A stretch of 64,000 bases of DNA from an uncultured candidate division Zixibacteria bacterium (GCA_963801605.1 CAWDFP010000011.1:166907-230906), one strand, 5' to 3'. Counted from the stretch's first letter, positions 42,022 to 53,302 are shown. Notes: generated by a model not told the origin, from the sequence alone. Translations and numbers: made by a program.

Positions 42022-42153
42022 GTAGGTCAGGCGCCCTGGCGCCTGACTTTGTTAAGACAGGTCAAAAGAGTCAGGTCGCAGGCGACCTGACCTACTACAA
42101 AAGATGTTTGACGGGAACGTCAGGATGTCGCATCTCAATGCTCCATCCTGCCG
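42022..42153. repeat. Inverted pair of GTAG-family REP-like palindromes plus a third related hairpin
   Basis: GTAGGTCAGGCGCCCTGGCGCCTGAC (42022-42047), inverted GTCAGGTCGCAGGCGACCTGACCTAC (42070-42095), and CGTCAGGATG..CATCCTGCCG (42118-42153). Confidence 0.7.
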
Positions 42154-42170
42154 CATACAAAAAAGAAGAA

Positions 42171-43136
42171 ATGAAAAAAGTTGAATACAAACTAACCCGT
42201 GAGGGCTGGGGCCGGGCGCTGGTGGAACTGGGCAAAGAGAATCCCAACGTCGTGGTTCTTGTTGGTGACCTGGCTGCTTCAACAAGCGTCAATCTTTTCA
42301 AAGAAGCATTTCCCGATCGCTTCATAGAATGCGGTATCGCCGAGCAAAATATGGCGACCATTGCGGCGGGTCTATCGCTTGTTGGTAAAATTCCATTTTT
42401 TGCCACTTACGGAGCCTTTGCATCCTGCCGGGCGGCTGACCAGATTCGAGTCACCATTTGTTATTCCAATCTCAATGTCAAAATCGGCGGGGCGCATGGC
42501 GGAATCTCCGTTGGCCCGGATGGGGCAACGCATCAGGCGATGGAGGAGATCGCGATCATGCGTTCTCTTCCCAATATGAAAATGATTGTGCCCTCCGATT
42601 ATTACGAAACGTTCAAAGCTACTAAAGCAGCCGCCGAAATTGATGGGCCGGTTTATATCAGATTTGGACGTGAAAAGGTCCCGGTTGTAACAGATGAAAA
42701 TACTCCCTTTGTTTTTGGTAAAGCCAATCTCATGCGCGATGGCTCCGATATCGCTCTAATTGCTTGCGGTGTAATGGTATATGAGGCGCTCCAGGCCGCC
42801 GAAATATTAGCTAAATCCGGCGTTTCGGCGAGAGTAATTAATATGCATACGCTCAAACCTCTGGATGAGGATGCAATCATTACGGCCGCTCGCGATTGTG
42901 GGGCAATTGTGACCGCCGAGGAACATCAGATTTACGGTGGGCTGGGTTCGGCTGTCGCTCAGGTTGTGGCGAGGGAATGTCCGGTGCCGATTGATTATGT
43001 CGCGGTCATGGATCGCTTTGGCGAATCGGGTAAGCCTGATGAACTTCTGGATGCTTTCGGACTGAGAAGCCGCAATATCGTCGAGAAAGCCAACCGAGTG
43101 CTAAAGATGAAGTTAGATGGCTGGCGCGCAATTTAG
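42171..43136 (+). CDS. Transketolase, C-terminal subunit
   Basis: GIAEQNM, GPDGATHQ, GPVYIRFGR, TLKPLD, EEHQIYGGLGS. Confidence 0.93.
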   Translation: MKKVEYKLTREGWGRALVELGKENPNVVVLVGDLAASTSVNLFKEAFPDRFIECGIAEQNMATIAAGLSLVGKIPFFATYGAFASCRAADQIRVTICYSNLNVKIGGAHGGISVGPDGATHQAMEEIAIMRSLPNMKMIVPSDYYETFKATKAAAEIDGPVYIRFGREKVPVVTDENTPFVFGKANLMRDGSDIALIACGVMVYEALQAAEILAKSGVSARVINMHTLKPLDEDAIITAARDCGAIVTAEEHQIYGGLGSAVAQVVARECPVPIDYVAVMDRFGESGKPDELLDAFGLRSRNIVEKANRVLKMKLDGWRAI

Positions 43137-43372
43137 CGGTATTTGTCAAATTTTCTGTTGAATCTTGCATATTACTTCCTATCTTAACAATTGATATTGA
43201 TTGACAATTATCTCATAAAAACCTAATATCTGGCGCGACAAGATTTCGAGTTTCTTAGGTTTTGTTAAAGTTGGATTAAGGCTCGATTAACCGATCGCAA
43301 GCGAGATTGATATCTTTCTTTGTAATAAAAAGATATTGAACTTTTGCCATGTATATTGTTACCTTAATTAGG

Positions 43373-43390
43373 ATGTGAATTGATTCACAA
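43373..43390. promoter_or_regulatory. Rex-like (also CRP-like) operator
   Basis: ATGTGAA-TTGA-TTCACAA; one mismatch to the Rex consensus TTGTGAA-N4-TTCACAA. Lies 25 nt upstream of the DUF1015 start. Confidence 0.6.
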
Positions 43391-43415
43391 CTTGTGTTAC
43401 TGCTAAGAGGAGATT

Positions 43416-44660
43416 ATGTCGATAGTACGTCCATTCAGAGGGTTAAGATCAAGACCGGAATTGGCCAAAACGGTAGCGTCGCCGCCATACGATGTTCTCA
43501 ATGCCAAAGAAGCCAGGGCGATGGCTGAGGGCAATCCCAATTCGTTTTTACGCGTCAATAAATCGGAGCTCGAATTTCCGGATACTATTAACCCTTACAG
43601 CGATGAAGTCTACAAACGCGCTAAGGAAAATCTGGAGAAACTCGAAAGCCGCGGGATCATGATTCGCGATCCCAAACCCTGCTTCTATCTCTACCGTCTC
43701 ACCATGAACGGCCGAAGCCAGACCGGCCTGGTGGCCCTAACATCGGTAGAAGAGTATGACGCCGGAAAAATTAAGAAACATGAGCATACCAGGCCCGAGA
43801 AAGTCGAAGATCGCGCTCATCATATCAGCATGGTTAACGCCCAGGTGGGGCCGGTCTTTACGACATTCAGATATAACGCCGAGATCGATAAACTATTTAA
43901 AAAAGTTACATCGACTCCGGCGCCGACCGATTTTGTCAGCGATGATGGCATCCGGCACGAGCTCTGGGTGGTCAGCGACGATAACACGATCAGCGATATC
44001 GTCAATGCTTTCGCCAAACTTGACGCTTTATATATTGCCGACGGTCATCACCGAAGCGAATCTGCCGCCGAGCTTGGACGTCGCATGCGCGCCCAGAATA
44101 AAAATCACACCGGACAAGAACCGTATAATTTTTTCCTCAACGTTCTTTTTGCAGACCGGGAATTGGCAATCATGCCTTACAATCGCGTTGTAAAAGATTT
44201 AAATGGGATGACCCTGGCGCAGTTCCTGGAAAAGATTAAAGATAAGTTCATGGTGACGCCGCAAGTCTCCGAGGTTAATCCTCAGAAATTGCATACATTC
44301 GGTTTCTATTGCGAGGGGAAATGGTATCTTCTGACCGCTAAAGAGGGGACATTCGATCCGAATCATCCGACGCGTTCCATCGATGCCAGTGTCTTAGCCG
44401 ATAATCTCATCGCGCCGGTATTAGGAATCACCAATCCTCGGACTGACAAGCGAATCGATTTCGTCGGCGGTATTCGGGGAACGAAAGAATTGGTGAGATT
44501 GGTAGATTCCGGCGAATTTAAGGCAGCTTTTTCACTTTATCCAACGACTATAGAACAATTGTTAAATGTAGCCGATCGCGGAGAAGTTATGCCGCCCAAA
44601 TCAACCTGGTTTGAGCCCAAGCTTCGCGACGGTATGGTGGTTAACCTGCTTAACGATTAA
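43416..44660 (+). CDS. DUF1015 family protein
   Basis: VRPFRGLR, SPPYDV, IKKHEHT, YIADGHHR, MPPKSTWFEPKLRDG. Confidence 0.9.
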   Translation: MSIVRPFRGLRSRPELAKTVASPPYDVLNAKEARAMAEGNPNSFLRVNKSELEFPDTINPYSDEVYKRAKENLEKLESRGIMIRDPKPCFYLYRLTMNGRSQTGLVALTSVEEYDAGKIKKHEHTRPEKVEDRAHHISMVNAQVGPVFTTFRYNAEIDKLFKKVTSTPAPTDFVSDDGIRHELWVVSDDNTISDIVNAFAKLDALYIADGHHRSESAAELGRRMRAQNKNHTGQEPYNFFLNVLFADRELAIMPYNRVVKDLNGMTLAQFLEKIKDKFMVTPQVSEVNPQKLHTFGFYCEGKWYLLTAKEGTFDPNHPTRSIDASVLADNLIAPVLGITNPRTDKRIDFVGGIRGTKELVRLVDSGEFKAAFSLYPTTIEQLLNVADRGEVMPPKSTWFEPKLRDGMVVNLLND

Positions 44661-44676
44661 CAAGGAGACCTCGAAT

Positions 44677-45564
44677 ATGTTAATCTTGATTTCAGATGCG
44701 TTTGATCCCGGTTTGCCGAAAGTGCTTTCCAAATATGGTGAAGTCACCGAAGACAAGGCAAAAGTAAATGAAGCCGAAATTATTTTAGTAAGAAGTAAAA
44801 CCAAAGTTACCAAGGAATATATGGTCGGGGCCCACAATCTCAAAATGGTGATCCGCGGCGGCGTGGGGCTCGACAATATCGACTTGGCTTACGCGGCCGA
44901 AAACGGCATCATCGTCAGAAATACTGCCGATGCATCCACCACGGCGGTGGCGGAGTTGGCCTTTGGCTTGATGATCTCTCTGGCTAACAACGTGGTCACA
45001 TCGACTATCGGCACCCGTGAGGGAAAATGGCTGAAAAAGGAAGTTAAGAGAGTTGAGCTTTATGGAAAAACGTTGGGTATCCTTGGTCTGGGTCGGATCG
45101 GTATCGCTCTGGCCAGTCGAGCCGCCGCATTTAAGATGAATGTTCTGGGATGGCACCCCGATGTTAATTTCACCGATTTTGCGGATATCCGTCATAGCAT
45201 GACCGAGGTGTTGGAACAGTCCGATTTCGTCTCTTTGCACATGCCGGCTCTTGAAGAAACCAAGGGGATAATTAACGCCAAAAACCTGGCACATTTCAAA
45301 GATGGCGCTTTCCTGATCAACACTGCCCGCGGCAAGTTGATCGTGGAAAATGATCTGGTGGATGCTCTCAAGAGCGGCAAGCTCAGAGGCTATGCCACCG
45401 ACGTATATTTCTCGGATCCTCCTCCGCCGGATTCCCCGATTCTCACCGCCCCCAATACGATTCTCATGCCGCATGTCGGCGCCGAAACAAAAGAGAATCT
45501 GCTGCGGATCGGCGTCGTAGTCGACCGTTTGATTGAAGAATACGCGAAAACGCATAAAAAATAA
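44677..45564 (+). CDS. serA: D-3-phosphoglycerate dehydrogenase (short type, no ACT domain)
   Basis: RGGVGLDNID, AVAEL, GLGRIG, INTARG, PHVGAET; located next to serC. Confidence 0.8.
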   Translation: MLILISDAFDPGLPKVLSKYGEVTEDKAKVNEAEIILVRSKTKVTKEYMVGAHNLKMVIRGGVGLDNIDLAYAAENGIIVRNTADASTTAVAELAFGLMISLANNVVTSTIGTREGKWLKKEVKRVELYGKTLGILGLGRIGIALASRAAAFKMNVLGWHPDVNFTDFADIRHSMTEVLEQSDFVSLHMPALEETKGIINAKNLAHFKDGAFLINTARGKLIVENDLVDALKSGKLRGYATDVYFSDPPPPDSPILTAPNTILMPHVGAETKENLLRIGVVVDRLIEEYAKTHKK

Positions 45565-45577
45565 GAAAGGCTAAGAT

Positions 45578-46664
45578 ATGGCTAAGAGAGTATTCAATTT
45601 CAATCCCGGCCCGGCGGTACTGCCTCTTGATGTCCTGGAGACAATCAAGGCGGATATCCCCGATTATCACGGCACGGGCATGTCGGTAATGGAAATTTCA
45701 CATCGTTCCAAGGATTTCGAGGAGATCAATAACGCCGCTATGGCCCTGATGCGCGAATTGATGGGTCTCGGAGAAAACTACAAAGTGCTGTTTTTGGGCG
45801 GCGGGGCTTCATCCCAATTCGCCATGATTCCGATGAATTTCCTTCACCCCGGCAAGACTGCTGCTTATGTCGATACCGGCGCCTGGTCGAGCAAAGCGGT
45901 TAAAGAAGGCAAGCTCCTGGGACAAGTTCATATTGCTGCCTCAACCAAAGATGTCAATTATACCAAGCTGCCTAAGATTGCGGATATAAAATTCCCATCC
46001 GATGCCGCTTATCTGAGCATCACATCGAACGAGACTATTCATGGCAATCAGTTTGACGCCTTCCCGGAAACCGGCAATGTGCCTCTTATCTGCGATATGT
46101 CGTCGGATTTCCTCTCCCGTCGCCGCGATTTCGGAAAGTTTTCGGTAATCTATGCCGGCGCTCAGAAGAATATCGGTCCGGCAGGCGTGACTGTGGTGGT
46201 AATGCGCGAGGAGATGCTGGCCAAATGCAAGGATGGCAATCCCACGATGTTCGATTACCGGACGCATGCCAAGGAAAACTCGCTCTATAACACTCCTCCG
46301 GCATTCGGAATTTACGTTGTCAGATTGGTGCTGGAATGGGTCAAAAAGCAGGGCGGTTTGGTAGGCGGTGGAAAAAATCAATTGCGCCAAGAAAGATCGT
46401 ATCTACGGTGTCATGGATGCCAATCCTGATTATTTCAAGGGCACGGTTGAGAAAGCAAGCCGCAGTTGGATGAATATTACCATGAGACTTCCCTCGGAGG
46501 ATCTGGAAACCAAGTTTATCGCCGAGGCCAAGGCCAAAGGCTTTATCGGTCTCAAGGGTCACAGAAGCGTAGGCGGCATTCGCGTCTCGCTTTACAACGC
46601 AATGACGCTCGATGGAGCCAATCAGTTGGCCGATTTCATGGAGGCCTTCAAGAAGGCGAATTAA
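45578..46664 (+). CDS. serC: Phosphoserine aminotransferase (one-base frameshift near 46365)
   Basis: NFNPGPA, MEISHRS, DMSSD, YAGAQKNIGP, LYNTPP, GHRSVGGIRVSLYNA. Removing one G gives GGLVAVEKIN. Confidence 0.93.
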
Positions 46665-46693
46665 GCGAAAATTAGTAAATTTGTTATTTTATC

Positions 46694-46724
46694 GTGGCGG
46701 GCAATGGTGCTCGCCACTTTTTTT
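46694..46724 (+). terminator. Rho-independent terminator
   Basis: GTGGCGGGCA-loop-TGCTCGCCAC followed by T7. Confidence 0.8.
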
Positions 46725-47079
46725 AAAAGCGGTCAATTATTATGCATTTTTGATAATAAGAGGCATTTGGGGTATGCCCGTTTTTGAATCACTATAATTA
46801 ATGATATTTTCCGATGGCAATCACTTCATAGTAATTAATACTAACAAGCTCACCTTTCAAACTTTGATTGAATCCGTAAGATCATCTATATCAAAAGATT
46901 AACAAATTTAAATTTAAAATATAGAATTTGCCTAAAATTTATAAAAATGCGGAATAAAAACTTAATTTCGCTGTAATGGCGATAAGGGAATTTCGTTTCC
47001 GACCGAAAAACCATTCGGGAGGGCTAAGGTGGCGAGGTTATGAAAATGAAATTCTTCCATGAAATATCTATAAAAAAAC

Positions 47080-47108
47080 TTGACTAAAACCTCGCTTGCT
47101 TATATAGT
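47080..47108 (+). promoter_or_regulatory. Sigma70-like promoter of the TonB-receptor locus
   Basis: TTGACT-N17-TATAGT. Confidence 0.5.
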
Positions 47109-47295
47109 TTTTGCAAAACGTGGAGATTTTTACACCTTTAATCTTGCGGTGCTGGTCATGTCATTTAACATAGAGCAAGGCCAATGTTCACAACAAATTA
47201 AGGGAATGGAGGGGAAATCGAAGCAGAAAAATTTCTTCAGACTTTGTAAATCGTTGAGAGAGAAAAAGTCAAACGTTTCACAAGGAGGGTGAGGT

Positions 47296-50200
47296 TTGTT
47301 TGTAAAACCTGCACTTAGGCTGGCCGTGTTAATGCTGATCTTAATGGCCGCTGTTTCAGCTTGGGCTGGAACCACCGGAAAGATCGCGGGCATTGTCACC
47401 GATAAAGAATCAGGCGAGCCCCTGCCAGGGGTAAACATGATGATTGTCGGAACGACAGTCGGCGCAGCCACGAACATCCACGGTGAGTTTTTCATTATCA
47501 ACGTTCCGCCCGGCACTTATACGCTCAGGGCTACGTTGATCGGTTATGGCCCGGTCGAAACTAAGAACGTCCAGGTCTCAGTTGATCTTACTACCACGAT
47601 CAATTTCCAACTGAGCACCCAGACGATTCAGATGGGCACCATCACGGTCGAGGCTCAAAAACCGCTAATTGAAAAAGATATCACCTCATCCAGGACGACC
47701 ATTACCCCAACTCAGCTGACCAATTCGGCTGTTGACGGTATTGTGAATCGCGCCAACCTTACGGCTGGTTCGGTCCTGGGTTCATTTCGCGGAGGCCGAG
47801 TCGATCAGGGAGAGGTCATCTTCATGCTGGATGGTGTCAACCTCTCCAATCCATTAGGCGAAACCAGAGTTGGCAGAAATCCCGGTTCTGGTACCAGTAC
47901 TGCCCTTTCGACCTATATCCCCAATGAGGCCATCGCCGAGGCCGAGGTTCTAACAGGGGGATTCGGGGCAGAGTATCCCAACGTACAATCGGCCATCATC
48001 AATATGGTCAGCAAAGAGGGCGGCGAAAAATACTCGGGCAAAATTAAATCGAAATCATCTCCCGAGGTCATTACCGGCAGCCATAATAATGTCAACGTCA
48101 ATTATTTGATTCCCGGCGCGGAAGGCAATCAGCTTGTCACGCTTAATCAGCCCAAAGTTGATAAATATGGCCGCAACAATTACTTCAACATGCGCCAGCA
48201 TGAATTCTCGTTTGGCGGGCCCATTCCAATCGCATCTGTCGACGTGCCCGGCAAACTATCATTCTTCACATCCGGTATATACTCTTCTACCCGAAGCTAT
48301 CAGGATCAGAGATCCTGGAGTAAATCGCAATCGATGATGGGTAAATTGGCGTACGATATTTCGGCATCCAAGAAACTCATCGTTTCGGGCTTAAAATCTT
48401 TTGGCAGCAGTCTGCCGTGGGACAGAGGCGAGTATTTCCATCTGTCCTGGGGTGCGCCAACATATTTCCATACCTATCCGCTCAGCACCGAAAACAACCA
48501 GCGTCAGACACTCGATCAATCCTATACGCCTTATAGCTGGATCGTTGCGCCCGGCCACGTTGAAGATCAGGCCGATACCGCCTTCTTCAGATACTTGTAC
48601 AACCACACATCCGACAGCACCTGGCTGACCACTCACTTTGGCCAATACGCCCTGGTGACCGATTCGTCATTATTAAACGGCGGTCGCGATAGCGTCAACA
48701 GCACCGGCTGGGCCAGAAGCTATTCGGGTTATGATATGGGCAACACCCTCGGCCGTCCTGAAACCTGGTCGAATCAATTTTCGGTCAATTTCACAAATAA
48801 TTTGAGCGTGAAGAGCTTCTACACCGTTAGCTATTCCAGATTCTTAAGCGCTCAAAGAGCCAGGGTATACGATCCCTGGGATGGCCATCCGCTTTCACCC
48901 GATGAGCTCGGACAGCAGAGATTTACGCCGAAAGTCACCGCCCTCTATGGTTCAATTCTGCGCGGTAACCCGATGTATATTTCGCGCTACAGTCAGGATG
49001 ATAAAGAAATCACCCAGAGCTTCAAGGCTGACTTCTCCAGCCAGGTGAATAGTTACAACTTTGTTAAAATCGGCGGCGAGAGCAAAAACTACGACCTTTT
49101 ATATGATTATCGCTCCAAAGCCTCCGGTAACAACGAATACAACTCATACTACCATGTAAAGCCGATACAACTCGGATTCTATGCCCAGGATAAGATCGAA
49201 ACTCAGGGTATGATCGTTAATGTCGGTTTGCGTTACGATTACTTCGATCCCAAGACCATCGTTCCGTTCAGCTTCCTGGACCCGCTCAATCCGGGTTATA
49301 ACGACGTGAACAGTCCTCTTTATGGACAGGTCGCCGATCTATCGGCCAGACTTGAAGAACCCATTCCCTGCGGAAGTGAAGCAACAGGTTTCGCCGCGTG
49401 TCGGTTTAAGCTTCCCGATTACCGAAAAGGACGTTTTGCACGTTACCTACGGGCATTATTTCCAATTGCCGGTATTTGATGATTTCTATACCAACCAGGC
49501 GTTCGATTTAAGAGGCGCCTTCAAGTATATCGGCAATCCCAATCTTGGTGCTGAAAAAACCGTGGCTTATGAAGCCGGTATCGAGCATGGCTTCAACGCC
49601 TACAACAAGGTGGCGGTAACTGGCTTCTTCAAGGATATCGCGGATCTTGTCAACCACAGGAGATATATCAATCCGGAGACCGGAAACATATTCTGGATTA
49701 ATTCCAATTCGGATTATGCCAGAGTCAAAGGATTCGAAATCACCTTAAGTCAAAGGCCGTGGCACAATTTCTCCGGCATCATTACTTACACTTATCAGAT
49801 TGCACGAGGAAAATCCTCTGATAAGACTCAGGACTTCCTCGACAACTACTACGGCTGGACGCCAAGGACCGAGGATTTCCCGTTGGATTGGGATCAGAGA
49901 CACACTGCCAAAGCTAATGTCAATTGGAGAAGTCCCAAGACATTGGGTCCGGCGTTGGGCGATTTCGGAATCGATGTGGTCTTCACGTTTGGTTCAGGCC
50001 GCCCGTTTACAGGTACCTCGAACGTGCTGCCGCCCAATCTGCCTGATATCAATAACAAGAGATTTCCGAACTCCTACCAACTCGATCTGCGCGTTGATAA
50101 GGGTATAGATTTTTACAGGGGCATGAATCTCGATGCTTTTGTTGAAATCCAGAATGTGACCAATAGAGCTAACATCAACCTGAACTCCGTCAACAGCGAC

Positions 50201-50314
50201 AACTTCAATGTCCAGTATTATGAGGTTTCCGATAATCCCACCGGGCAATTCGGAGATCCGACCTACTATACAACTCCGAGAAGAGTTCTCGCGGGTATCC
50301 AAATGGAGTTCTAG
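47296..50314 (+). CDS. TonB-dependent receptor with an N-terminal carboxypeptidase-regulatory-like domain (one-base frameshift near 49352)
   Basis: GTTGKIAG..DKESGEPLPGVN, plug motifs FRGGR and TGGFGAEY..SAIIN, YAQDKIE, GLRYDYF, SPRVGLSFP, GNPNL.AEKT..YE, terminal GIQMEF. Removing one T gives ARLKNPFPAEVK. Confidence 0.9.
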
Positions 50315-50362
50315 AATGGCATTTCGGGATCGAGACTTGTAAAAAAGAGAGGATTAGTAAAT

Positions 50363-52228
50363 ATGCGAAGAGAATTGTATAGGGGATCGGGACGAATGCT
50401 AATAGTACTGGGGCTTATCCTGGCTTTTAGTATGTCGGCCCTCGCCATGAAAAAAGAAATGGCCGACAATCCCCTTTTAGGTCATGGAGGTTTAGCCAAA
50501 CCTGAACTCAGCCAGGAGGTTGTCTGCCAGGTTGGCACAGTATTTAATAGAATTACAAATTCCACGGTTGAAAAGTTTAGCGGAACCAACGATTGGACCA
50601 TTTTAACCGGCGATGATGCCGCAATAATGCCGTCCATGAAACGCCAGGTTCCATCCAACTATGCCGCTATCAATAATTACTTGTACTTTGCAAGTTTCAG
50701 AGTTGGTATCGGTTCCAAATTGGTGCACTTTTCAACTGATACTTCACCGGGCATCACTGTAAAATCCACTAATAGTGATACCACCGCAATCAGCCAGTAT
50801 GACACCTATTATTCGATTTCGGACCAATCGCCATTGGTCGGTTCCGTTGATAAGATTAACGTCGAGGCGCATTGCAATACTTACGCCTGGTCGGAGTCTT
50901 ACAGATCCAATTTCATCGTTTACGATTATTGGATTCTTAACCTTAACGCCGACACTCTCCAGCCGCTGATCATGGCTTTTCACGCGGATTGTGACGTTTC
51001 CACAGCTGAAGGCGGATCGGGCGCTCAGGCCTGGTCACGCGATGACCTGGTGGATTATTACCGCAACGATGCTACCAAGGAATATATCTCCTATATGTAC
51101 GATGGTGATAATCCGAACGTAGCCGGAGATGATAACGGCGGCAATAAGATTCCAAAGGAATCGACCGGTTACATCGGTTCGAGACTTCTATTTTGTCCGG
51201 CGCGGATAGGCGATACCCAAACCGGTATTCAGGCCGGCCATGGCTGGTGGGATTGGAATTCCGACCCCGGTAGTGATGCCGACTGGATGCGCCTCATGAG
51301 CGACGGATTGTGGCTGTCGCCACCTCCATCCGTTCACGATTATCGTTTCCTTCAGAAACTGGGTCCGTTTGCCATTCCGCCAAACGATTCAATTAGAATC
51401 GTGTTCGCCTTTGGAGTAGGCGAAGGCCTTCAGGGTCTCAGAACTGATCTCGGCTGGGCCGATTCGCTTTACCGTCACAGCATTAATGCTGCCTATGGTT
51501 ACAGATGGCTTGGTCCATCGGCGCCCGCTTCGCCAACCATTGATTCGCTGGTTCCCGGCGATCGTCAGGTGAGACTCACCTGGGATAGCGTCGCTGAAAC
51601 TACCCCGGATCCGGCGACCGGTGAGATTGATTTCGAAGGATACCGCTTGTGGAGAAAAACCGGTAGCACTGGTAACTGGACCCTCCTTCTGGAGAGCGAT
51701 GTTATCGATGATATCGGCCTTAACACCGGGTTGGTACATGAGTATTTAGATACCGATGTGAGCAATGGATTCCAGTATTATTATGTCGTAACGGCGTATG
51801 ACAGAGGAAATCCTGCAATCGGCATTGAATCGTTTGAGTCTGGTAAATCTGGGGCTCGTAACGTAGAGCCCGGATTGAATGTTGGCACCGAGGGCGAAGC
51901 TAAATCGGGCATCCATGTGGTACCCAACCCATTCGTGCTATCGTCGCCGGTGGGTTTTGGTTTTACGCCTACCAACACCAATCCATCTCTTGAGAGAATA
52001 CTTTTCGTCAATCTGCCGCAAACGCCCAGCGTTACCATCACCATCTTTTCTCTCACGGGTGACGAGGTTATCAAGCTCTCTAAGGCAGACCCATTGTCAC
52101 GAACCCTGGATTGGGATTTAATCACCAAATCCAGACAAAAAGTCGTGGCCGGCGTCTACATGTACGTAGTCGAATCCGATGCTCCTGGTTTCAAGAATTT
52201 CATCGGTAAATTCATGGTTGTCCGCTAA
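50363..52228 (+). CDS. Secreted protein with an FN3-like domain and a T9SS type-A-like C-terminal sorting domain
   Basis: Signal peptide; PGDRQVRLTWD..FEGYRLWR..YYYVVTAYD; C-terminus IHVVPNPF..ILFVNLP..ITIFSLTGDEV..WDL..VVAGVYMYVV..GKFMVVR. Confidence 0.78.
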   Translation: MRRELYRGSGRMLIVLGLILAFSMSALAMKKEMADNPLLGHGGLAKPELSQEVVCQVGTVFNRITNSTVEKFSGTNDWTILTGDDAAIMPSMKRQVPSNYAAINNYLYFASFRVGIGSKLVHFSTDTSPGITVKSTNSDTTAISQYDTYYSISDQSPLVGSVDKINVEAHCNTYAWSESYRSNFIVYDYWILNLNADTLQPLIMAFHADCDVSTAEGGSGAQAWSRDDLVDYYRNDATKEYISYMYDGDNPNVAGDDNGGNKIPKESTGYIGSRLLFCPARIGDTQTGIQAGHGWWDWNSDPGSDADWMRLMSDGLWLSPPPSVHDYRFLQKLGPFAIPPNDSIRIVFAFGVGEGLQGLRTDLGWADSLYRHSINAAYGYRWLGPSAPASPTIDSLVPGDRQVRLTWDSVAETTPDPATGEIDFEGYRLWRKTGSTGNWTLLLESDVIDDIGLNTGLVHEYLDTDVSNGFQYYYVVTAYDRGNPAIGIESFESGKSGARNVEPGLNVGTEGEAKSGIHVVPNPFVLSSPVGFGFTPTNTNPSLERILFVNLPQTPSVTITIFSLTGDEVIKLSKADPLSRTLDWDLITKSRQKVVAGVYMYVVESDAPGFKNFIGKFMVVR

Positions 52229-52249
52229 GAAGTGGAGGTTGGAGATTAT

Positions 52250-53275
52250 ATGAGAAAAATACTTTTACCTGCGGTTCTAATTGCCGTCTTGGGTCTCTGC
52301 CTTCCAGCGCAGGCCCAATTCGCCAAGGTGGGCACCGTGGGATTGAAATTCCTGGATATAGGTGTAGGCGGTAGAGCGCTTGCCATGGGTGAGGCTTATG
52401 CTGCAGTCGCCAACGATGCCTCAGCCATATTTTGGAATCCGGCTGGCCTGGCCAATATAAAGAACGGCGATTTCTTTGCCGGTTATACGAACTGGCCGGC
52501 CGATATCAACCTGTATTCAGCGGCTTTTGCCAAGAAGACCAATTTTGGTCATATTGGTTTTGCTTTTACTACTCTTAATACCGGCCTTATGAACCGGACC
52601 ACTGCCCGCGACCCCGATGGCAACTCCAGCGGGACTTTCGCATTCGAAGATTGGTCGGCGGGTGCGTCTTATGCCCGTTACCTGACAGACCAGTTTGCGT
52701 TTGGCACCAACTTTAAGCTGCTGCGCGAAAAGTTGGCCGATTGGGATAAAACCAGTTGGGCAGTTGATATCGGAACCTATTATGACACCGGTTTCAAGTC
52801 GTTGCGGATCGGTCTTGCCATTCTCAATTTCGGGCCCGATATGCATTACAACATTGCTAACATCGATGGCGTTCCGACTGCTCCGCCATACAATGGCCAT
52901 CCCGATGGGCTGGACAACAATGGTGACGGTTTGGTCGACAACAGCGTCGAAAGCAAGGCTGTACCGCTGCCCCTGACTTTCAGGGCGGGTGTGGCTTTCG
53001 AGGTATACCAGACCGAAAATTCCAAGGCAACTGTTGCCGCCGAATTGATGCATCCCTCTGATAACGAGGAACGCTATAATTTCGGTGGCGAATATTGGTT
53101 CCAGGACTTGCTCGCTCTGCGCGCAGGTTATAAAATCAATATGGATGAGGGCGGTTTCACCGCCGGCTTGGGTATTAAGCTGCCAGTTTTGAGCGGAGCT
53201 CACTTTGATTATGCTTACACCAATATGGGTTTGTTGAAAGCTGTGCATCGCGGCTCTTTCAACATATCGTTTTAA
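52250..53275 (+). CDS. PorV/PorQ family outer-membrane beta-barrel
   Basis: FLDIGVGGRALAMGEAY.AVANDASAIFWNPAGLA, LALRAGY, FDYAY, terminal FNISF. Confidence 0.85.
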   Translation: MRKILLPAVLIAVLGLCLPAQAQFAKVGTVGLKFLDIGVGGRALAMGEAYAAVANDASAIFWNPAGLANIKNGDFFAGYTNWPADINLYSAAFAKKTNFGHIGFAFTTLNTGLMNRTTARDPDGNSSGTFAFEDWSAGASYARYLTDQFAFGTNFKLLREKLADWDKTSWAVDIGTYYDTGFKSLRIGLAILNFGPDMHYNIANIDGVPTAPPYNGHPDGLDNNGDGLVDNSVESKAVPLPLTFRAGVAFEVYQTENSKATVAAELMHPSDNEERYNFGGEYWFQDLLALRAGYKINMDEGGFTAGLGIKLPVLSGAHFDYAYTNMGLLKAVHRGSFNISF

Positions 53276-53302
53276 CGCAACGCCAATTAAGGAGGATTAA
53301 AA

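Noticed and set aside
41022..42153. CRISPR array or IS ends
   Set aside because: No regularly spaced identical repeats, no cas genes and no transposase; the pattern fits REP-like hairpins better.
44785..53248. Long antisense ORFs such as 44785-45555 and 52517-53248
   Set aside because: They are shadow frames of well-supported genes on the opposite strand and have no motifs of their own.
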